A stretch of DNA of 43,931 bases, the filler included, from Sphacelaria rigidula (taxonomy: Eukaryota): NCBI GenBank assembly GCA_964200075.2. It is 2 parts of 2 records of this genome, joined end to end, with 100 filler letters (N's around TTAATTAATTAA, not from the genome) between each part and the next. Parts side by side here need not be neighbours in the genome. Positions count along the whole stretch, not along the records: positions 22,034 to 43,931 come from CAXNAA020000376.1; 1 more part is not named here. One strand, written 5' to 3'. The stretch's first letter is position 1, and every line of letters starts with the position of its first letter. The translations under genes and the position numbers were made by a program. The notes under the pieces were generated by a model. The model did no database searches, had not been told where the DNA came from, and was given only the letters and a program-made list of their open reading frames with translations. Below, piece after piece: positions 34,786-43,931 of this stretch.

Positions 34786-37700
34786 CGTACTCATTCGTTG
34801 CTTGCCTTAGTCGTTTGACCATTGATCATGCATCCCTTTCGAGACAGAGCACCGTTCCCACTCCCAATAGAAACAAACACCTTCAACATTCCGGCGCTCA
34901 TTACGTTTCTTCCATACATGACACAAAAACGATTTACATATCTTATCCCCGTCCTGTTTCGGCTTCTGTGGCCACCATTCATCTCCTAGTATAGCCATCG
35001 TTTTCTCCCTACTGTCTAATACATCAAATTATTTCAGGCCACCTTCGTTCACGTTCCGCATTTTCCCCTCTCGCACGTCCCGCTCCTCCTTGTACACTTC
35101 ACATTCTGCCACTATATGACTTCTGATCTCTATTCCTTTGCCACAGAAGCAGTTCTGTCCATCTACTTCCTCCTCCTTTCGACGACTGGTACATCTCTTT
35201 CTTCTTTCTGACAGGTCTTGGTCCCCCACCCAAAATCGTAGTTTCATATTTTTCGCCGCGTCCATTGGGCCATACAAATATGTTTCCATCCCTATCCCCT
35301 CTCTCAAACACCCGTATATCTTCAGGTGTTCTTCCTCGTCTCCTTTGCGTCTGAGCGCTTCTTTCCCCCTTATTTCTATCATGTATTTTACTTTTGTCTT
35401 GTACCCCACGCCTTCATCTTTGGAGAGGATTTCGACTTGATTTATTCCCATCTCTTTTCATACTCTCTCGACTTCTTTGTCCCACCTTATTCCAGTCTGC
35501 CCTTTCGTAATTTTCTTCCATACAGCCTTATCAACTATAGCTGGCAACCGCTTTCTCTGCATGTTCTTGACGCTATACTGTCATCGCAATTTCCTCATGT
35601 CTCTGTTTGTTTGAAGTGAGTACATTCCCAACTCTGCCCTCAAAATGTTATTACTCAACCTTTTCGAGCATTCAAGTATTTTCTCAGCTGCTGCCATCTG
35701 TACTGTTTCCAGCCTCTCCACCAACTTCACGTTCCCCTCCCATAATTCTCCTGCATATTCCATTTTTGGTACGATCACGTTCATCAGGATACATCTCTTA
35801 ACCCTAGTGTCTAGGTGCGAGATAACGTCCATCCTGCCTATCTGTGCCTTACCCTTTTCTATACTATAATTTCATTCATGTGTGCATCCCAAGAAAAAGT
35901 TTTTGAGATCTTTACTTCAAGGTATGTATACTGCTTTACGTTCGGCAGTTCCTCGTCTCCCCACTTCCATGTCATCTCTACCAATTTTTCGTCATCTTCG
36001 TTACAGACGAGTACCGCGCATTTGTTGACATTCGCTGTCACTCTCCAATCCCTAGTGTATTCTAGCACCTCGTCTATCTGGTTCTGTAATTCTTCTGGTG
36101 TTTCTGAAATCCCCACAAAATCATCCGCGAACACCAATCCTGATACCATGTCTTCACCCACCTTGACTGACTCCATGCTTTGCTACTTCTATTACTATTA
36201 TCAGGTCATTAATGAATACCTTGAACAGAGTGGGCGATAACGTACATGCTTGTGCGACACCTTTTAAAATATTAAAATATTTCGATATTTCCCCGTCTAG
36301 CATCATCAATAAACAACGTTTTCGTGAGATTGAGAGTAGAGCGCTAATTGAGAGTGGCTTCGGTCATTCGATCTAACTTGGCCATTTCGTCATTCCGTGT
36401 GTGTTTTTCGTCATCTTTATCACTAGCGTGTGCTTACAACTACACGTCGATATCCTTCTCAGGGATATCAAGGGCCTTAGTGGCAAGCTACTACAGAAAG
36501 CATATCGGGCCTCGCGGAGGGACATTTCGGAACCGAAATTATTCATTCACTAGTTGAACGCTTTTTACTCTCAATCGTATCCTCTACTCTCAATCTCACG
36601 AAAACATTGTTAGTAGCACTTTTGGTACATTCTGTCATCTTCACCATTCTCTACATCTTTCCTCTGATCCCAGCTTCCCACAACTTTTTCCACAACCCAT
36701 TTCTCCATACTGTGTCATAACCATTTGCACGTCCAGAAAGAAACAGTACGTTGTCATTTCCTACCCTGAATAATCTTACTTAGTGTGTACTCATGGTTTA
36801 CGCAGCTACGGTCTACTCGTTTTCCCATACTCAGTTATACAGCATGACCATCATGGTAATCGTTCCCTATCCCCCGTACTCTATAAAAGCATTCACTATT
36901 TCGTCTGCCCCTGCTGTCTCTCTGTTCTTGAGTGTAGCTACGCACTCCCTTACTTCATCTCTGGTAAACCCTCTCTGCGATTCTTTCGAGCCTCTATCCT
37001 CCCGTTTCGACGTCTCTACATTTGTCTCTGCCCACGCGTTGATTTCTTATTCGAATTTTATGTCAAACTCCGTGGTTGTTCTTGGTGTTCCTAGTTTACG
37101 GTCATGCTCGACTAGCACTTCTCTCTTCCCCTTCGAATTACTCATCATTTTCCCGTTCCGTGCCCGGAGTGTGGCTATCCCCTTGTCCATCTTTCCTGCC
37201 TGGTTTCTCGTTATCCCTTTTATCCCTACCCACAATTGTTTCATCTCGCCGTCGAGATCGCCATTTGTATTTTTCACTACATCTTCCCATACCTCCTTCT
37301 TTTTCTGCTGTACAAATGTTTTCGCTTTCTTTCGAGCTTTAGTATACTCCTCCCATCCTGCCGTAGTTTTATTCGATATCCATCTCGCGTGGGCCGCTCT
37401 CTTTACTCTTAAAGCTTCTTTTACTTCCTCATCCCACCATTTTACTGCTCTGCTGCATACGATGAGTTTCTTCCCTATGACTTCACTCGCTGTGTTCTTG
37501 ACCACATGCTCCCATCCTTCTATTGTCTTCGCTCCGACCCGATTTCTTTTCATTCCGGTATCGATTGTTCCTATGCGTTCCAACAGCTCGGGAAATTTCA
37601 ACGCATTTTTGGCCATCTCTGCTGGAGCCGTTTTTCTTCCATATATACTTTATCGATTCTCCATTTGTATAACTCTTTACCACGCTCATTTCTTTTAGCT

Positions 37701-38800
37701 CTCGTATGTCGGCCATCTGTCCATATGAGGTAGTGATCTGCGGTTCCCACGTCCTCCGCGCATATATGTACTTCCATTTATTTACTACTCCCATGCTTCA
37801 CCACTGTATAGTCAGCACGGAGCGTTCTATTTCGTTCTTGAATTTTCAAATCCATGTTTATTGTGCCTCTGGCTTCAGTCCTCTATCGTTTAGCGTCTTT
37901 ATCTCGTTATGCTCGAGAAACTTCAGTATTTCTACTCCATTCGAGTTCTTCTTACCTTCCCCGTATTGCCCAATGATATCATCCGATCGACCTGCTCTTC
38001 CTACCCTTGCATTGAAATCTCCCACTGATATTACTTCTCCTTGCCTGTTATACTGATGTACGTCTGCTGCTATCTCTCCAAACCTACGTTGTTTACCGTC
38101 CACCGTACTCTTCGATTCTGGGAGCATGTAGATGTTACCCACGAAGAAGTCCTTCATCCTATTTCCGCCCCCTCTCTCTCCCATGATTCTTGGATTCCTG
38201 CTATGTCTAGGTCGTGTTTATTCACTTGTTGCGCGACCTCTTCTCGTTTGTTTGCGCTTATCTGTCACGAATCCAGACACGTTCCACGATCCTATTCCCA
38301 ACTTCCTTTCCGAATCAGTATCTATCTGCTCTCTTGATGCCTTCTATTCTCTTTCCGCGTCGCGTACTTCTACTTTCCCTTGCTTGATTGTTCCACCCAT
38401 TGCTGGTTTGGGCTTTGTCTACTTACTTCGGGCCGCTGTGCCCCCTCTCCTTCCCCGCTGTGCCCCCTCTCCTTCCCCTTCCGGCCATTTACCTGTTCCT
38501 GCCTCTCTCCCCCTCCGTTAGCCCGTGCACTACGTCTTTGGTTTGTTATTCCGTTTGCAATGCATACTCTCCATCCTACCCTTATAACCCATGCCGATAC
38601 CTTACTTGTTTCTATCCTTTCCCACTCCTTGCTCGCGCTCTGTTTTGGCGTGACTCGCAAGTGTCCTCCCTCCCTTTCTACTTTTCCTCTTGCCAAACAG
38701 TATAACCCAACTTCATCACATTTCTTTTGAAAATCTATTCTCGTCATGTCGCTACGGACTACGAATACCAGCACTACCAGTTCTTCACCCATCCACTCTT
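34786..38800 (-). mobile_element. Long degenerate APE/RT LINE (RTEX-like)
   Basis: Endonuclease motifs GSWNVSG, LDIAGIQESWE, ISVGDFNARVG, ADH; RT motifs GLVFADDFVG, YTYLE; ORF2 frame runs to ...KASNE* at the 3' end. Stops and frameshifts; 5' limit uncertain. Confidence 0.9.
36312..36611. mobile_element. ~300-bp MITE inserted in the LINE RT
   Basis: ~45-bp TIR AACAAYGTTTTCGTGAGATTGAGAGTAGAG..ATTGAGAGT; LINE sequence resumes on both sides; TSD unclear. Confidence 0.8.
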
Positions 38801-39785
38801 TACTCCTCCATCCGCACTTCCTTACCGTCTCTCTCTCTCGAGAGAAGCTCCAGCTTGATCGTTTTGAGTGTATCGGTGGGATATCTTCAACGTACTGGGA
38901 CCTCCCAATCCTAGTACTTGTTGCGGGTCTGGTTCCTTTCGTTCTTTTGTTGGCTCGCCGACATTAAATAATGCCTCTAACACGGGCTCGTAGCCTGAAG
39001 CCAAGTTCAACACCTTTGGCACAAGCACCCCACGTTTGTGCCAGGTGATCTTCACGGTAAACCATCCAGGCGTCCAGGGATCGTATCATCTATCTTCTCA
39101 CCCCGCTGCTGTACTGGTTACTTTCCTCCAGAGAGGACATTTTCACCGTGTAAGGTTCAAGGACGGCTAGCGTAACACAAGGTCTTACTCACATCGGGAT
39201 GTCCCGTACATCACTCTTCCACGCCATGTACGGTTCACCATGGGTCGCTACTCCACTGATGCTCCCAGTAGATCTTCGCTGCCGAAAGCTTGGCCAACGA
39301 TTCCCCCACACTTTGTACCAGTTCCTATCCTTCAAGATCTCAAGAAGTCTACATACCGCTAGGTGCTCCTTCTCGTAGGCCATGTGGTCGGTCCTTGGTA
39401 AGGTGATTGTTTCATGAGTGCGGTAGGTCTTGACGTTAATGTCATGCATTATCCACCTCTTCCCTTAGGCGCTTTTTGCACCCAATGTCTGAAAGTTCAG
39501 GAAAATTGCTGACCAGACTTCCACCGCCCAATGGAAACCGGTAAGGTTTCACAGGTATCTCACCACGAGACCCCAACCTTCATGTGAATTTAACATGGAG
39601 GGGGTTGATGACCCACCCTATCCGTACTTGTTATATATTCGGTGTTCTCGACGGGCATGTAAGGTGGTTAACCTTCACGCTATTACTTGTCCAAGTTTTG
39701 GTTTTGTTCTTGTCTTACCTTTGTTGTTATGGGGAGAGGAAGAAGTTAAATTACTTCCCGTCCTGATATGAGAAAGTATATATGT

Positions 39786-40345
39786 TTTCCCTTGCTATTT
39801 CACGTCTATATTCGGGCTGCGTTATGGTAGGTTAAAGAAGAATGACGGTTAGCCCCTTCATTTCATGTCTATATCCAGGCTGTATCATGGGAAGTTAGAG
39901 AAAAGGCAGGGTTAGCTTCGTCGTTCCTTGTTTACGTCCGGACTGTGTTATGGTGGGGTGAAGAAAAAAGAGGGTGAGGTTCTTAATTTGATGTCTATAT
40001 CCAGGCTATATCATGGCAGGTTCAAGAAAAGGCAGGGTTAGCTTCTCTATTTCATGTCTATGTCCGGGCTGTGTTATGGTAGCTTAAATAAAAAGTAGGG
40101 TTAGCTTCATTATTCCATGTCTATGTCCGGGCTGTGTTATAGTAGGTGAAATAAAAAGGAGGGTTAGCTTCTCTATTTCATGTCTATATCCGGGTTGTGT
40201 TAAGGTGGATCAAAGAAAAAGGATGGTTAGCTTCTCCACTCCATGTCCACGTCCGGGCTGTGCCATGGTAAGATGAAGAAAAATGATGGTAAGCTTCTCT
40301 ATTTCACGTCTTTGTCCGGGCTGTGTTTCGGTAAGTTAAAGAGGG
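39786..40345. repeat. ~63-bp tandem array, about 9 diverged units
   Basis: Approximate consensus TTAGCTTCTCTATTTCATGTCTATGTCCGGGCTGTGTTATGGTAGGTTAAAGAAAAGGCAGGG. Confidence 0.9.
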
Positions 40346-42057
40346 GGGAGCAGACAATGAGTCGGGAGAGGCGCCATTTCGAATAAACATGTACACGGCG
40401 TGCAACGCACGCCGGGCGTGTATGTGTCCACGCTGAAACTAAGCAGACGCATTCAAAACGTGGTAAGGACGCATGGGGCGCTCACATCAGGGCAGCACGT
40501 ACTCGCTGATGCCGCACATGGAAGAACAGAGGGAGACAATACAATGCAAATGAGCACCGTACTGCGCAGGTATGTCACGACCTTTACTAAACAATCAAGG
40601 GCGGTTTTGTGATGTATTCGCCACCTGATCCCTTTTTCGATGTGTACGAAAATAGTACAGATCCCCGGTTCGGAATAATTTTCTGTCGTTTGTATATATA
40701 TCGTCGTGCTTACGTCGAGAAATATTGCACAAGAGCAGTGTTTTTTTATTCATCATGTATTTATACATATATTCGTTCATTCGTTCAATTTACCACTTGC
40801 CAAGAGGCTACCCGCCCTTTTCTTCTTTCTCTCGAAGCCTTGTCGCAATCTTCCATGAGATGTTTTCCAAGACTTGAATTCGTGAGCCCACCTTGGGGAA
40901 AAAAATATACATGAAACTGCGTGGTTGTGCCGTGTCAGCGAATATACTGAACAAACGGGGCAGACCAAGCGGCGGGCGTCCGCCCCATACACATCCCAAA
41001 ACAAACGTACCAACGCCTGCTGACCCTCGTCCCAGCGGACGCATCAGATCAAAATCTCCCGCACGCGGTCTAGAAAAAAAACATAACAGATCGGCTATGA
41101 GAGTCACGGAAGGCGAAATGAAGATCACGATATTAGCACTCATGATACAAGAAACAAAACTTAGAGTATGCCATACCAGAAAAAAATAAGCAACACGACA
41201 CGCGCAAACATGACAGCAACAAGAAATAGTCGTGGCACGTGACAAGTAAAAAAAGAAGAAAGAGAGTCTCCTCCGAACCCCAAGACTCCAACCAAACTTA
41301 CATCTTCTTCCCATTTTGAGGAGAAAAGATCTACTGAATTTCGGCTGCATTACGCCGCGAATTCCACAAAGTAGTACCTGAAAAAAACTTCCGGCTGCCC
41401 AAGAATTCACAATTCACACACGCCAAGAGAGGCGAATATAGACACATCAGCTATCAGCGGACCACGCAAACGGCATATATCATGGGTTAGACAGGTCCAC
41501 GGTCTCTGCCCCGATACTGCATCATATTTTACTCAGATGGCCTCTCTCGACGCGTGGGCCTTTTTTTCGCAAAAAACAACGCGCAGCCGAATGGTCGCTA
41601 GAAAAAACACTCATTTTACGTGGTACTATGCTGCCGACGCAAAAGTGAAATACGTTCGGAGCCGTCTGTCCCACCCCCGTGTTATTCAGAGTACAGTAGT
41701 TGCATGCCCGCCCCTGCCCCCGAAGTGCCTCCTACATAGCAACATCACAAAAAACAAAGAAGAAAACGCATCATAAGAACCACCAGCGCAGACGAGAAAC
41801 ATATTACTCCATTGAAGAAGGAAGGTCTCCTGATCCCCCCTCCCCCGTTTGGTCCAGATTTTCAAACCTTTGTACCTTGCTTGCACACTTGCGAGCAGCA
41901 ATAAACTTCTTCGCAGGTATGTAGTCCAACCATCAATCGTTCCCGGTTTTACGCCGGCTACATATCCTGACCAGCGTTCACGATCATTGTGATTGGCCAT
42001 CAGATCGCTGTCATGATCCATCCACCGTCAGTCAGATCATCATGACAATCATCACAG

Positions 42058-42429
42058 TCACCCGTCAACCATACCCCTGAGTCCTCGCCAGCACTCAGCA
42101 GCCGCGTCCCCCTCACCAACAGCGCCACCCCCAGCACGCCAGTATGGAGCCACAGCGAAACCGAACTTGAACTGCCCGGGCATGATGAGGAACTCGTCGT
42201 GGACGCACGCGCTCCAGGAATCGTCACCACCGGCGCCCATGAGTCGATGGTCCAGGCTAACGACGGTCAGCGGGCGGGGTGCTAACGATTCCGGGTGCAT
42301 CTGTTCGGTGAGGTCTTCGGCGAGGTGCGGAAGCGCGCTGAAGGCGAAGGTGCTGGGTGTAGAGTTGTTGTTGTTGGTGTTGTTGCCCTTGCCATCGCTA
42401 GAAGCCACAGCAAACAAAACTGCCGGCTC
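42058..42429 (-). CDS. lacZ: Beta-galactosidase (GH2, LacZ-like), terminal exon
   Basis: tag|EPAVLFAVA...FAFSALPH...LDHRLMGAGGDDSWS...FKFGFAVAP...VDG*; the MGxGGDDSWS motif is typical of the LacZ C-terminal domain. Confidence 0.9.
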   Translation of the reverse strand, partial: EPAVLFAVASSDGKGNNTNNNNSTPSTFAFSALPHLAEDLTEQMHPESLAPRPLTVVSLDHRLMGAGGDDSWSACVHDEFLIMPGQFKFGFAVAPYWRAGGGAVGEGDAAAECWRGLRGMVDG

Positions 42430-42985
42430 CTACAGCGAACAATTTGATGGAATGAAAATAAATATGGTCATGATGAGAGCAAAACAAAAGTGATGAACAA
42501 GATTGTGCAGGATGACGGTAAGTAAAACCACCCGAGGATATACATGAGGGGGTGGGAGAGTGGGAGAGAGGATGAGAGTAGGTGAGAGGAAGGGCTGGCA
42601 TGTAGGGAGAAGTGGCAAGAACGACGCGGCACAAAACCAAACACCAGCAAGGCTGCTCACATGACCGGTCGTCTACGTGTGTCTATGTTTCTCAACGTGT
42701 TCAAAGGCAGACTTTCACGTGGTCGTTGTTCGCGCACAGCGAATGTACATATATGGTCACGTCAGAGCTTCCCGTCCACGTGAACGGCAGGCCTTGCACA
42801 AGACACCAACCGAGGGAGAGAGGTTTGCACACAGAGAGACAAGCACAAAACAAAACTTCCAGAGACACATCAAAACACAAAACACGAGTGATCTCACCAA
42901 CAAAGAACTCACACGAACACACACACAAGCAAAAATAGAAATATCACAGCCTTTGTTGATTCCCCTCGCCCCGGCCATCACCCAC

Positions 42986-43223
42986 CTTCGCCGTGGCGGC
43001 CGCTGTCGCTGGAGTAGCGGGTTGACTGAGCTCTAGCCAGCGCACATCCACCTTAGCGCCGCACTCCCCTGGTCGGATGTACGGTGTAGCTTGCTCGGAG
43101 ACGTCGGAGGTGTATTGACCCACGGCAGCAGACGCCTTTCTGTCGGGGTAGTTCTCGTGCGGTCCGCGGCCGAACCAGCGCAAATTGGAGAATGACCCTG
43201 GGAGGAGGACGCGAAGACCCACC
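42986..43223 (-). CDS. lacZ: Beta-galactosidase (GH2, LacZ-like), penultimate exon
   Basis: cag|(R)VGLRVLLP..LRWFGRGPHENYPDRK..PYIRPGECG..DVRWL..AK|gtgggt; phase matches the last exon; upstream exons unresolved or outside the window. Confidence 0.9.
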
Positions 43224-43827
43224 CTGCAGCGACGGACGTACGTACACATATATGTACAAAATGTACCAAGTATACATACCATTGATTGTAGTGGCAGTTG
43301 CAATTGTAAAACACTCTCTTGTTTGTGTTCCATCAACTATGGCGGTGTTCTTTCACCCTGGATGATTTGATTTCCGATTTTTTACATTATATGGGTCGTC
43401 CTCCAACCTATCTGGGGACGCTTTCAATCGTGCGCGGTTCGCGGCGGCCGCACAAGCGCAGCTTGGAGAATAATTGCAGAACGGGGAGGCGAAGAGCCAT
43501 CCGTCTGTGAGTGAAGTACCGAACAACACAAACACACAAAATACTCACCCCACAAGGTTTTGCACGGTTGTTCGTCTGGTGTGTTCGTTAGTCTTGGTGC
43601 CTGTTCGTGTTCTTTCATACTTCCTCCAGCACATAAGTAAAGTCGGTCGGGTTTTTACACGGGCCCTCAACCTTGTCCGATGCCGTTACCGATGGTATCT
43701 TTCAAGTCCTGTTCATTTTTTGAGTCGAACCTCGTTTTTCTTTTTACGCGGCCTCCTGAATGAGCCAGCGGGCGAAACTGCAGCAATCGGCCGGAGAAAT
43801 AGTCACTTTTCCCCCGTTTCCGGAAAA

Positions 43828-43861
<34 letters not shown>

Positions 43862-43931
43862 CCGAAAAAGATGGCGGAACGCGCAACGTTAGCCAAAAGA
43901 GGGTTTGTTTTTCTTGCTCCAGCTTGAGGAG

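Noticed and set aside
36793..37698. 301-aa plus-strand ORF (also the minus-strand ORFs 11910-12578 and 12661-13281)
   Set aside because: Antisense shadows of LINE ORF2
39786..40345. Possible CRISPR array or coding repeat
   Set aside because: Whole units are homologous with no unique spacers, there are no cas genes, the context is eukaryotic, and stops recur in the units

Overview
Repeat-rich eukaryotic nuclear DNA with GT-AG spliced genes. The repeat families and splice signals look like those of brown algae (Phaeophyceae); this taxonomic call is an inference. Most of the window is nested transposable elements: (1) a PIF/Harbinger-like foldback MITE and piggyBac remnants/MITE at 0.9-4.2 kb; (2) a Ty1/copia element at 6163-10296 with near-identical 403-bp LTRs, a stop-ridden gag-PR-IN and no RT/RNase H; (3) two tRNA-headed SINE families; (4) an RTE LINE split by a probable Penelope-like insert; (5) several copies of an APE/RT LINE (RTEX-like); (6) a GAG-terminal MITE family; (7) a ~63-bp tandem array. 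Host genes: a long multi-exon + strand gene for a low-complexity protein (~24.6-33.5 kb), a small frame-consistent 3-exon fragment (13.9-16.4 kb), and the last two exons of a GH2 beta-galactosidase on the minus strand (42.06-43.22 kb). The most notable pattern is a LINE-SINE pair that shares a ~70-nt 3' end derived from ORF2 coding sequence. The pair has inserted three times, in the same orientation, into the same subterminal C-tract of one MITE family.
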